Source of the DNA: Candidatus Versatilivorator sp.
GTDB taxonomy: Bacteria; Acidobacteriota; Terriglobia; Versatilivoradales; Versatilivoraceae
Length of the DNA stretch: 64,000 bases
Reading direction: 5' to 3'
NCBI GenBank assembly: GCA_965207735.1
Contig: OZ242296.1
Location: 2,560,001-2,624,000, forward strand
Shown: positions 1-8,726 of the stretch, piece after piece
Layout: every line of letters begins with the position of its first letter
Position numbering within the stretch: the first letter of the stretch is position 1
Notes under the pieces: generated by a model
Told to the model about the DNA's origin: nothing
Databases searched by the model: none
Seen by the model: the letters and a program-made list of their open reading frames with translations, nothing else
Translations under genes and position numbers: made by a program

Positions 1-729
1 ATGACCAGACTCAGCGTCAACCTGAACAAGTTTGCACTGCTCAGAAACTCTCGAGGCAAAGACCTGCCGAACCTGGTCGCCATGGCCCGGCGCTGCATCG
101 AGACCGGTGTCGACGGAATCACCGTCCATCCACGACCTGACCAGCGCCACACCAAATACCAGGATGTGCATGATCTGGCAGCCGTAACCGCTGAGCACTC
201 GGTCGAATTCAATATTGAAGGGAACCCCACCCCCTTTTTCCTGGACATCGTCAAGAAGGCCGAGCCCACCCAGTGCACACTGGTCCCCGATGCTCCCCGG
301 CAACTGACTTCCGACCACGGATGGGACCTGCTGCTGGAAGGGAACCGACTCAGGCCCATCATCGCGGAACTCCAACAAGCCGGCATCCGTACAAGCATCT
401 TCCTGGATCCCGACCTGGCTCAAGTGGATCGGGTCCCGGCAACCGGTGCGGATCGCATCGAGCTCTACACCGAGGCTTACGCGGATGCTTTCGGAGGCGA
501 CGCCCAGGAGGAAGTGCTTCGCAAATACAAAAGCGCCGCGCTCCGTGCCCGGCAACTCGGCTTGGGCGTCAATGCAGGACACGACTTGAACCTCAAGAAC
601 CTGAGCCTTTTCCTTACCATTCCGGGAATCCTCGAGGTTTCCATCGGCCATGCCATTGCCGTGGATTCCCTTGACTTTGGCCTGGAGAATTGCCTCCACC
701 GGTATCTCAAAATCGTTCAAGCCACCTGA
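1..729 (+). CDS. pdxJ: Pyridoxine 5'-phosphate synthase
   Basis: LSVNLNKFALLRNSR, GITVHPRPDQRH, QCTLVPD, VNAGHDLN and EVSIGHA motifs typical of PdxJ; 242 aa. Confidence 0.96.
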   Translation: MTRLSVNLNKFALLRNSRGKDLPNLVAMARRCIETGVDGITVHPRPDQRHTKYQDVHDLAAVTAEHSVEFNIEGNPTPFFLDIVKKAEPTQCTLVPDAPRQLTSDHGWDLLLEGNRLRPIIAELQQAGIRTSIFLDPDLAQVDRVPATGADRIELYTEAYADAFGGDAQEEVLRKYKSAALRARQLGLGVNAGHDLNLKNLSLFLTIPGILEVSIGHAIAVDSLDFGLENCLHRYLKIVQAT

Positions 730-929
730 TCAAGGCCGCCAGCTATTCCCCTCTATCGCACTCCAGTTGCCCCTTCCGGACCCGAAGACGGCGCCCTCCC
801 ACGAGAGGACCCGTGACATGTCGGAAATCTTCTGTTCACATGCTTCGGCGCTAAAGCCCCACGGCTATTGGATCTACACGGTCCGTACCGCCAAAACCCC
901 CTCCCAGTGGGCTATTCCCTCGATCCGAT

Positions 930-1140
930 TGTGGAAAACCCAGTGTTTTCGGGGTTTCCGGCGGAATCCTCTCAAACAGGAATCCGAATTTTGTTATATT
1001 TTATTAAAGCATTTGTTTTCAGTAACTTACACCAATACACCCATTTGTGTGCAGCTTGGTCTTTTTCATTGCTAATCAACAAGTTCCAATCCTCATGCCC
1101 TACTTTTCCACAGGTTTTTCCACAAGAATTGTGAATTGAC
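930..1140. promoter_or_regulatory. Candidate replication origin (DnaA-box cluster plus AT-rich tract)
   Basis: TTTTCCACA (matches TTWTNCACA) at 930-938 (reverse), 1104-1112 and 1116-1124; degenerate box at 1130-1138; AT-rich tract ~987-1030 in a GC-rich background; IHF-like AATCAACAAGTT near 1074. Confidence 0.55.
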
Positions 1141-1381
1141 TGAACTTGCGTTTCCATTGCCACTGTCCCATACCGGCGACAGTGATCGCAACACTTGCCC
1201 TTGCCTCGAGGAAAGTGCCGGCTTGGCACATCCCGGCCAGCCCGCAGTCTATACCCCTTGAGTTCCGTCCAGGAATTCGAGGCAGCGCCGTCATGACCGA
1301 AAACCCGGTAAATCGCGCACCTCAAGAAGGGTAGCGTTCTGGTGGAGGCCGGTGACCAAGTCCGGGAGGGGAAAAGAGATT

Positions 1382-1455
1382 TGGCTGGGAGGCAGGGATT
1401 CGAACCCCGATAGGCAGATCCAGAGTCTGCTGTCCTACCGTTAGACGACCTCCCA
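1382..1455 (-). tRNA. tRNA-Gln (anticodon CTG)
   Basis: Reverse complement TGGGAGGTCGTCTAACGGTAGGACAGCAGACTCTGGATCTGCCTATCGGGGTTCGAATCCCTGCCTCCCAGCCA: cloverleaf, GTTCGAATC T-loop, encoded CCA. Confidence 0.96.
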
Positions 1456-1530
1456 GAAGGTGGGAACTGCCGGCAAGAATTTACATCCGACTCGACCCGC
1501 CGGTTTTAACATCTCCGCAAACGGTTGTCA

Positions 1531-1559
1531 ACGCTCACCAACACGCTCACCAACACGCT
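1531..1559. repeat. Short tandem repeat (ACGCTCACCAAC x2.4)
   Basis: Direct 12-bp duplication visible upstream of the tRNA. Confidence 0.7.
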
Positions 1560-1684
1560 TGGGTAGCATGTGAAGTGACCGGTGTCAGCAGCACGGGTTC
1601 GCGACAGTCCATGCAGATTGGAAAGACTTGACCACTGAGCCATAATGGGTCCGGCGCCCGTCCCCAACCTGGAGAGCCTCGCCC

Positions 1685-2284
1685 GTGGAAACCGGAACAC
1701 ACCAAGACGCGCCGGCCAAATCCATCGAGACCGAAGTCAAAATCGAGTTGGCCGACCTCCGGAAGGTGCGTGTTCGAGTCCTTCAACTCGGTTTCCGGAT
1801 CCGAACGCCTCGAGCCTTCGAGGATAACTGGATTTTCGACCTGCCGGACCGGTCCCTGGCTCGGCGCCGCCAACTCCTTCGGGTACGATCCTTCGCCAAC
1901 CGGGCCTGGATCACTCTCAAGACCCCTTCCCGTCGTTCCACCCGCTACAAGATTCGACAGGAACTGGAAACCGAACTCGGCGATGCCCAGGTGGTCCGGC
2001 AGCTATTGAGAAGTCTCGGTTTCGAACCCAGCTTCCGTTACCAGAAGTTTCGCACCGTCCTCGAGCCCTCCAAGCCCTCCAGAAAGAAACTGACGGTGAC
2101 CATCGACGAAACGCCTATCGGCAACTTTCTCGAAATCGAGGGAGCGGCCCGAGACATCCTGGGTTTGTCGGCCAAGCTCGGTTACACGCCCACCGACTTC
2201 ATCCAGGACAGCTATTGGCAGCTCTACCGGAAGCGGCGACCCAGATCTTCCGGAACCTCCATGATCTTCCGGAGGCGAGGTTAG
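1685..2284 (+). CDS. CYTH-domain (class IV adenylate cyclase-like) protein
   Basis: N-terminal ETEVK (ExExK) motif, LRVR, YQKFR, IDETPIGNFLEIEG. Confidence 0.88.
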   Translation: METGTHQDAPAKSIETEVKIELADLRKVRVRVLQLGFRIRTPRAFEDNWIFDLPDRSLARRRQLLRVRSFANRAWITLKTPSRRSTRYKIRQELETELGDAQVVRQLLRSLGFEPSFRYQKFRTVLEPSKPSRKKLTVTIDETPIGNFLEIEGAARDILGLSAKLGYTPTDFIQDSYWQLYRKRRPRSSGTSMIFRRRG

Positions 2285-2341
2285 CCCACATTTCTTTCTG
2301 CCGGGGGAGAGGATTTCTTGAATGATCATTCCCCGAGCGCC
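2282..2341. repeat. MITE-end remnant (TAG-CCCACATTTCT plus dispersed repeat)
   Basis: TIR variant right after the CYTH stop codon; 2295-2340 is similar in reverse complement to 38942-38984. Confidence 0.6.
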
Positions 2342-2409
2342 GACCCGGGGTTCCAGCACGCCGCGAAGGCGGCGGTAGCAGGTAGGCGATCCCCGGTGAC
2401 GAGGGCGGT

Positions 2410-3078
2410 TTACCGCCGGGGCTCCCGGTAGAATCGAAGAACCCGGCGGACGTACTCGCGGGTTTCAGCGAAGGGTGGGATTCCCCGATAGTTCCGTACG
2501 GCTGAAGGGCCGGCATTGTATGCCGCCAGCACCAGCACGAGGTCCCGGTTGAACTCACCCATCAGGTGCTTCAAATACCTCACCCCTGCTTCGACGTTCT
2601 CCTCGGCATCGAAAACGTCCTCGACGCTATAGGCCGAAGCGGTTGCCGGCATGAGCTGCATCAGCCCACTGGCGCCCTTGTCGGACACCGCCATAGGATC
2701 GAAATTGGATTCCGCGCGAATGATCGATCGCACCAGTTTTTCGTCCAGGCCGTGCCTGCGGGAGACTCGCCGGATAACCCAATCGAGGTCCCCGCGAGAG
2801 AGCGGTGTCGGGGGGCTCGGTCCGACCGGCACTGCCTGCGCCTCGGAAGGCGGCGGTTCCCGGTGGAGCGGGACGACACGTTCGATCCAATTGGCGGGCA
2901 CCTCCAGCCGGCCTTGGCCGGGGAGAAACAGGATGGCCCTGTCCGCTCCCATCCGGTGGCTTTCGATAGTCATCGCGCGACCATTCCTGAAGTAGACCAG
3001 CTCTGCGGCGGACAGGCTGGCCGCAGATCCACACAGCATCAGCGCCAGACCGATCTTGGGTATCCAGGACGATCCCAT
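2410..3078 (-). CDS. Lytic transglycosylase (SLT domain), exported
   Basis: IIRAESNF, GASGLMQLMP, AAYNAG and PPFAETREYV motifs; signal peptide after MGSSWIPK (start reassigned to 3078). Confidence 0.92.
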   Translation of the reverse strand: MGSSWIPKIGLALMLCGSAASLSAAELVYFRNGRAMTIESHRMGADRAILFLPGQGRLEVPANWIERVVPLHREPPPSEAQAVPVGPSPPTPLSRGDLDWVIRRVSRRHGLDEKLVRSIIRAESNFDPMAVSDKGASGLMQLMPATASAYSVEDVFDAEENVEAGVRYLKHLMGEFNRDLVLVLAAYNAGPSAVRNYRGIPPFAETREYVRRVLRFYREPRR

Positions 3079-3101
3079 GGAAGACTCCTGTGAGGGAATG
3101 G

Positions 3102-3935
3102 CTAGAGAACGAACCGGTGAATGGCCCGGGCGACACCCAGATCGTTGTTGGATGCCGTCTCGTAGAATCCCCTGTCCTTGAGCGCCGCCACGCCGTTGGC
3201 CATCACCACGCCCAACCCGGCGTATTCCAGCATTTCCAGATCGCTGTGATTGTCTCCAATGGCCATGATTTCCGTGGACCGAATGCCGCGAGAGCGCGCC
3301 AAATGGTCCAGAGCAGAGCGCTTGGAACAATCCTTGTTCAACACATCGATGATTCCCAGGTCCTTTTCCCGGTAGTATGTCCTGGCGATTCTGACCTGCT
3401 TCTCGAAACCCGACTGCTTGAGGCGGCCTTCCACAGCCTCCATCAAGTCGAGCGGACCGCTGAACATGATCTCGATCAAGTCATCGTCAATCTCGCTCTG
3501 CAGTGACTCCACCTGGATCGTCACCCCTGGCACCTTGTTCAGATAGTGGTGCAGTTGCCCGTTCGTCCGGGGTTGGGAACACACCACCAGCTGCCCCGCG
3601 GCAGGCCGGTCCTTATGCAAGACCGTGCAATGGGTGTAGCCGGCGGTGGCGGACAGTATGGCGGTCGCTACCTCGGGCGCCAGAAACCACCGGGCCAGGC
3701 GCCGCGACTGAACCGGGCACACGATCATGGCTCCATTGTTGACGATGAGCGGCGAAGACAATTCCAGCGCTTCGGCGACCCAGACGGCAGCGCCGAAGCG
3801 ACGGCCGGTCGCCAGAATCACTTCGACTCCGCGTTTCCGGGCCTGGCGGATCGCTGCAACATTTTCCGCCGGCACTCGACTGGAACTATCCAGAATGGTT
3901 CCATCGATGTCAGCAGCGATCCACTTGAGCGGCAT
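3102..3935 (-). CDS. Cof-type HAD-IIB hydrolase
   Basis: DIDGT, LATGR and AIGDNHSDLEML motifs; start at MPLKWIAAD. Confidence 0.92.
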   Translation of the reverse strand: MPLKWIAADIDGTILDSSSRVPAENVAAIRQARKRGVEVILATGRRFGAAVWVAEALELSSPLIVNNGAMIVCPVQSRRLARWFLAPEVATAILSATAGYTHCTVLHKDRPAAGQLVVCSQPRTNGQLHHYLNKVPGVTIQVESLQSEIDDDLIEIMFSGPLDLMEAVEGRLKQSGFEKQVRIARTYYREKDLGIIDVLNKDCSKRSALDHLARSRGIRSTEIMAIGDNHSDLEMLEYAGLGVVMANGVAALKDRGFYETASNNDLGVARAIHRFVL

Positions 3936-4173
3936 TGGGTCTCCGCGCCTGTCGAAAGACCCGAAATCATACCACGAGGAACCCGAGGCGGACTGCAAGG
4001 CGGGGAATCGTAGAAAACTCTTGGGCCTATAGACCGCTCCGGCAGCCAAAATGCTCCCCCTGAAAAGAGCTTGCCCCGAAAAAATGAAAACACTAAGATA
4101 CCCAACCGCCCGAATCCCCCGTGGAAGCCCTACCGTTGCTGGAACTCCCTTGCGGGATTCCAGCCTTTCCAGA

Positions 4174-6657
4174 ATGCCGAGGAATCAATTAGCGCTCGCC
4201 CTCCTGCTGGCCGCCGGCCTTGCGGTCTCATCATTCTCCCTCAGGTTGGTGGCCGGTTCGCGGGGCGCCCCGCCCCAATGGGCCAAGATCGACGGCGTCG
4301 TGCGGCAGGCCATCGACCATGGCCGGATTCCCGGTGCGGTGGTTCTCGTGGGACAAGCCGACAGGATCCTATTCGAAAAGGCCTATGGCCATCGCTGCCT
4401 GGAACCGCGGCTGGAACCGATGACCCTGGGAACCCAATTCGACCTGGCCTCCCTGACCAAGGTGGTGGCCACCACCCCGGCCGTCCTGAGACTGGTTCAA
4501 GAGGGAAAGGTGAGGTTGGACGATCCGGTATCCAAACATCTGCCGGACTTCGGCCGGCGCGGGAAAGAGACCGTTACCGTCCGGCAGCTGCTGACCCACT
4601 ACTCCGGATTGGCGCCCTTTTTCCGTCTCGAGGCCAAGACGCCGGGCGCTGTCTCAGCCGTCATCGACAAGATCCACCATTCCGATTTAGCCGCCAAACC
4701 GGGAACCCGATTCGTCTACAGCGATCTGGGATTCATTCTCTTGGGCAAGTTGATAGAGGTTCTCAGCGGAGACCCCCTGGACCGGTTCGTCCGCTCCCGG
4801 TTCTTCTCCCCGCTCAAGATGGCCGGCACGCGATTCAATCCTCCCCCCGGCGACCGCCATAATGTCGCTCCCACCGAAAAAGGAGATGACGGGATTTGGC
4901 TGCGAGGTCAGGTCCATGACCCCCTGGCATCCATCATGGGAGGGGTTGCCGGACATGCCGGCCTCTTCTCCAACGCCCGCGACCTCTCCCGCTATTGCCG
5001 GATGCTGCTGAACCAAGGATCGCTGGAGGGCGCCACCGTGCTGCATCCCGGAATGGTCCGGAAAATGGCCTCCCCGCAGTCTCCCCCGGGCAAATCGGAC
5101 ATTCGAGGATTGGGGTGGGATATTCAGTCCCGTTACTCGTCGGCCAAGGGTGCCTACTTCTCGGCGCATTCTTTCGGGCACACCGGCTTTACCGGAACTT
5201 CCCTTTGGCTGGATCCCGAAATTCAGGCCTATCTCATTGTTCTGACCAGCCGTCTCCACCCTGACGGCAAGGGCGACGTCCGAGCCCTGCGCAAAGAGAT
5301 TGCGACCATCGTCGGCGAGGCGCTTTCCCCTGCAGCGGGTCACGAGGCTGCACAAGCCAAGCCCATCCTGATTCAACCCCAAATTCAATTTCAGCGGATG
5401 GACGGGTTCGGTGTCAGCGGGTCCAACGGCTCCGCCAGCGAAATCGACGATCTCCCTTCGGCACAACGTCAAAAACTCTTCGACCTGCTCTTCAGCGCCA
5501 AGGAGGCAGGCCTGAACATCCTCAGAAACGAAATCGGGTGGACCGGACAACCAATCGCCATCACCGCCCGCTTGAGACTTACAGGCCTCACCTTTTCGTT
5601 CGGAGGAGACGAACGGGAGAAGTCCCAATTCTCGCTGCTTCGCCAGGCAGGGAAACGTCAGGAAATCCTGTTGAGCAGTTGCGTCTGGACTCCCCCGCCC
5701 CTTTGGAAGAGCAATCGGGCAGTGGACGGTTCGGGGTCGCTCCTGGCTCAACACTACAAGGACCTGGCCGGATACCTGGCGGGGTACATCGAGTACTATG
5801 AGAAACTGCGTGGCCAACCCGTCCACCTGGTGAGCTTGCAGAACCGCCCCGACAGCAGGGACGCTCCCTTTGGCTGCCGGTATGGGCCGGACGAACTGAA
5901 GACTCTGGTCAAGATCGTGGCAGAGAGGTTCCGGCAGAAAAAAATCCGGACCCGACTGATGGTTCCGGAGTCCGGCTGGATGGAGGCGCTACCCTTCCTT
6001 GCAGCCCTGTTGGAGGATCGAAAGGTTCGGCCTTTGCTCTCCCATGCCGGAGTGCAATCCTCAGCGGGGCCAAGCCAAGGTGCCGATGCCGTCGACCAGC
6101 TCGTACGACGACATAATCTCAAACTGTGGCAGACTCAATTCGCAACTCCGGCCGGCAACGGGGATGAAATGGATGAGGCCCTGGACCTGGCCCAAACCGT
6201 CATTGGCGACCTCTTGCGGGGGTGTCGCGCCTGGCTCTACGGCACCCTTTTCGCCACAGATGCCCAGCCGGGTCGTCTGGGCCTGCTCGAACGCACCAGG
6301 ACCGGATACCGCGTTCCCAAGCGTTTCCGGGCCCTGACCCAATTCAGCCGGTTTATCCCCAGGGGCGCCGTCCGGGTGTTCACAAGCGGAGGCGACACGC
6401 CGGTGGTGGCTTTCCGGAACTTGGCTGACCGTCAGTTGGTTGTGGTTCTGGTGAATCCCGAAGAGGAAGCGGTCGACCAGGCAATCGAGTTCCGCGGATT
6501 CAGGCTGGAAGGTATCGAAGTCTTCAGAACTTCAGCGAACGAGAACAACCGGGCTGTCGAACTGGCTCCGGAAGCCGGATCCAAACAGCGCCTTACCCTT
6601 GCTCCCAAGAGTATCAATACCTTGCGGGCCTCGCTAAAACGGGTGTCCTCCGACTAG
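4174..6657 (+). CDS. Exported serine hydrolase (beta-lactamase class C/AmiE-like) fused to a GH30-like domain
   Basis: SLTK, YSD, GHTGFTG and LLTHYSGL in the N-half; C-half has FQRMDGFGVS, GLNILRNEI, SCVWTPP, SLQNRPD and QFSRFIPRGAVRV, typical of GH30; signal peptide from MPRNQLALALL. Confidence 0.8.
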   Translation: MPRNQLALALLLAAGLAVSSFSLRLVAGSRGAPPQWAKIDGVVRQAIDHGRIPGAVVLVGQADRILFEKAYGHRCLEPRLEPMTLGTQFDLASLTKVVATTPAVLRLVQEGKVRLDDPVSKHLPDFGRRGKETVTVRQLLTHYSGLAPFFRLEAKTPGAVSAVIDKIHHSDLAAKPGTRFVYSDLGFILLGKLIEVLSGDPLDRFVRSRFFSPLKMAGTRFNPPPGDRHNVAPTEKGDDGIWLRGQVHDPLASIMGGVAGHAGLFSNARDLSRYCRMLLNQGSLEGATVLHPGMVRKMASPQSPPGKSDIRGLGWDIQSRYSSAKGAYFSAHSFGHTGFTGTSLWLDPEIQAYLIVLTSRLHPDGKGDVRALRKEIATIVGEALSPAAGHEAAQAKPILIQPQIQFQRMDGFGVSGSNGSASEIDDLPSAQRQKLFDLLFSAKEAGLNILRNEIGWTGQPIAITARLRLTGLTFSFGGDEREKSQFSLLRQAGKRQEILLSSCVWTPPPLWKSNRAVDGSGSLLAQHYKDLAGYLAGYIEYYEKLRGQPVHLVSLQNRPDSRDAPFGCRYGPDELKTLVKIVAERFRQKKIRTRLMVPESGWMEALPFLAALLEDRKVRPLLSHAGVQSSAGPSQGADAVDQLVRRHNLKLWQTQFATPAGNGDEMDEALDLAQTVIGDLLRGCRAWLYGTLFATDAQPGRLGLLERTRTGYRVPKRFRALTQFSRFIPRGAVRVFTSGGDTPVVAFRNLADRQLVVVLVNPEEEAVDQAIEFRGFRLEGIEVFRTSANENNRAVELAPEAGSKQRLTLAPKSINTLRASLKRVSSD

Positions 6658-6664
6658 TCCCGAT

Positions 6665-6810
6665 GAACGCCTCGCTCCCGCCCGGCCGTGTGGATCATAC
6701 GAGCGTGAAACAACGAATCTTCATGGCTTGTCGGGAACGAGTACCCTGTCGTGCCAAGCCGGTTTTCTACTCATTGAACATGGATGCACAGGATGGACAG
6801 GATTATTAAA
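6665..6810. repeat. Diverged copy of the ~184-bp repeat core plus left half of the 74-bp repeat module
   Basis: GTGTGGATCAT...GTGAAACAA...GTACCCTGTCGTGCCAAGCC resembles 10770-10849; 6774-6810 matches the reverse complement of 38067-38103. Confidence 0.65.
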
Positions 6811-8725
6811 CCGAAGTTCCTCCCATTTTACACCCAAAAAATCGCCTTAAGCCATTTGTTTTCTTGGGGAAGAGGATTGAGGCGTGTGGAGTGTTGTTCC
6901 CATGTATATGATTAGCATTTATCTTGACATGATAGTTGTATGTGATATCGTAGTCCCATGTACGTCGAAACCGTCCCCAACCGCAACTCTCCCCCTGCCA
7001 TCCTCCTGCGCGAAGGCCGCCGTGAGGGTAAAAAGGTCCATAAACGCACCCTGGCCAATCTCTCCCATTGGCCCAAGGACAAGATCGAGCGCCTCCGGCG
7101 CGTGCTCAAGAACGAACCCCTGGTCCATCCCGACCAACTCTTCGCCATCGAACGCTCCCTGCCTCATGGCCACGTCGAGTTGCTGCTGGAAGTGGTGCGG
7201 CAGCTGAAGCTGCCGGCGCTGATCGATTCCCGACCCTCTCCCCAACGGGACCGGGTCTTGGCCATGATCCTGCAGCGTCTGCTCTATCCGGCCTCCAAGC
7301 TGGCCACCACCCGTCTTTGGCACACCACCACGTTGGGTGAGGAACTGTCCCTTGAGGACACCGACGAGGACGATCTCTATGAGGCCATGGACTGGTTGCT
7401 GGAGCGTCAGGACCGGATTGAGCGCAAGCTGGCCAAGCGGCACCTGGCGGAAGGGGATGCGGTGCTCTATGACGTCAGCAGCAGTTACTACGAAGGCCAG
7501 ACCTGCTCGCTGATGCAGTTCGGCCACAACCGGGACGGCAGGCGGGACCGGCCCATGGTGGTCTACGGGGTGCTGGCCGACCAGATGGGGCGGCCGCTGT
7601 CGGTGCAGGCCTATGCCGGCAACACGGGGGATCCGACCACGGTGGGGGATCAGGTGGAGAAGGTGCGGGGTCGGTTTGGTCTGGAGCGGGTGGTGCTGGT
7701 GGGGGACCGCGGGCTGCTGACCGAGACGCAGATCAGCCATCTGAAGCGTCATCCGGGAGTGGGGTGGGTCTCAGCCCTGCGCCACCACCAGATACGCCGT
7801 CTGGTGGAGAGCGAGGCGGTTCAGCTCTCCCTGTTCGACGAGCGTCATCTGGCCGAAGTCCGCAGCCCGGACTATCCGGGCGAGAGGCTCATCGTCTGCC
7901 ACAACCCGCTGCTGGCCGAGCATCGGCGGCGGAAGCGGGAGGCTTTGCTGACAGCCACCGAGGAGGCGCTGGCCGGAATCGCCCGCCAGGTGGCCAGACG
8001 GACCCGCACGCCCTTGTCGGCGACCGAGATCGCCGAGAAAGTCGGCCGGGTCAAGAACCGCTTCCAGGTGGCCAAACACTTCCGGACCCAGATCGCAGAC
8101 GGGTCCTTCCACTATGAACGGCGCACCGACGCCATCATCCGGGAGGCGCAACTGGACGGGTTCTACATGCTGAGGACCAGCGAGCCAGCCGATCGCCTGC
8201 CAACAGCCGCGGTGGTGCGCCGCTACAAGGACCTGACGCGGGTGGAGCGGGCCTTCCGCTCCCTCAAGACCGTCGACCTGCACATCCGCCCCATCCGTCA
8301 TCGGGTGGAGAGCCGGGTGCGGGCTCATCTGTTCCTGTGCCTGCTGGCCTATTACGTTCAGTGGCATCTGCGGCTGGCCCTGGCTCCGTTGCTGTTCGAT
8401 GACGAGGAGTTGGAAGCGGAACGGGCACGGCGAGACCCGGTGCTGGCGGCCCAGCCGTCGGACTCCGCCAAACGGAAGAAGAGCAAACGCCTCACCGAGG
8501 ACGGCTTGCCGCTGCAGAGCCTGGAGACGTTGATGGCGCAGATGGCGACGCGGGCCCGCCACCAGTGCCGATTGCCCTCCGAACCCGATGGTCCGCGAGT
8601 CCAGCGATTGACCGAGCCGACCCCGCTACAGCAAAGGGCCTTCGAGCTCATCAGGATGTTCCCAGGCAAGACAACCTGAGATTCCTGATTGATGATTGAA
8701 GATAAAGGAGTTATCTTGTCGGTGG
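6811..8725 (+). mobile_element. IS1634-family insertion sequence, copy 1 (lacks last 14 bp including right IR)
   Basis: Left IR CCGAAGTTCCT at 6811, preceded by ATTAAA (6805-6810); appears identical to copy 2 over 1915 bp. Confidence 0.9.
6958..8679 (+). CDS. IS1634-family DDE transposase
   Basis: 573 aa; LYDVSSSYYEG, GHNRDG, VLVGDRG, YKDLTRVERAFRSLK and RVRAHLFLCLLAY motifs. Confidence 0.93.
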   Translation: MYVETVPNRNSPPAILLREGRREGKKVHKRTLANLSHWPKDKIERLRRVLKNEPLVHPDQLFAIERSLPHGHVELLLEVVRQLKLPALIDSRPSPQRDRVLAMILQRLLYPASKLATTRLWHTTTLGEELSLEDTDEDDLYEAMDWLLERQDRIERKLAKRHLAEGDAVLYDVSSSYYEGQTCSLMQFGHNRDGRRDRPMVVYGVLADQMGRPLSVQAYAGNTGDPTTVGDQVEKVRGRFGLERVVLVGDRGLLTETQISHLKRHPGVGWVSALRHHQIRRLVESEAVQLSLFDERHLAEVRSPDYPGERLIVCHNPLLAEHRRRKREALLTATEEALAGIARQVARRTRTPLSATEIAEKVGRVKNRFQVAKHFRTQIADGSFHYERRTDAIIREAQLDGFYMLRTSEPADRLPTAAVVRRYKDLTRVERAFRSLKTVDLHIRPIRHRVESRVRAHLFLCLLAYYVQWHLRLALAPLLFDDEELEAERARRDPVLAAQPSDSAKRKKSKRLTEDGLPLQSLETLMAQMATRARHQCRLPSEPDGPRVQRLTEPTPLQQRAFELIRMFPGKTT

Positions 8726-8726
8726 A

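Noticed and set aside
650-1334. Short ORFs between pdxJ and the tRNA
   Set aside because: Atypical composition and no motifs; the region is better explained as non-coding regulatory or origin DNA
1382-1455. tRNA-Gln as an integration site for a genomic island
   Set aside because: No integrase and no duplicated tRNA 3' end seen in the window
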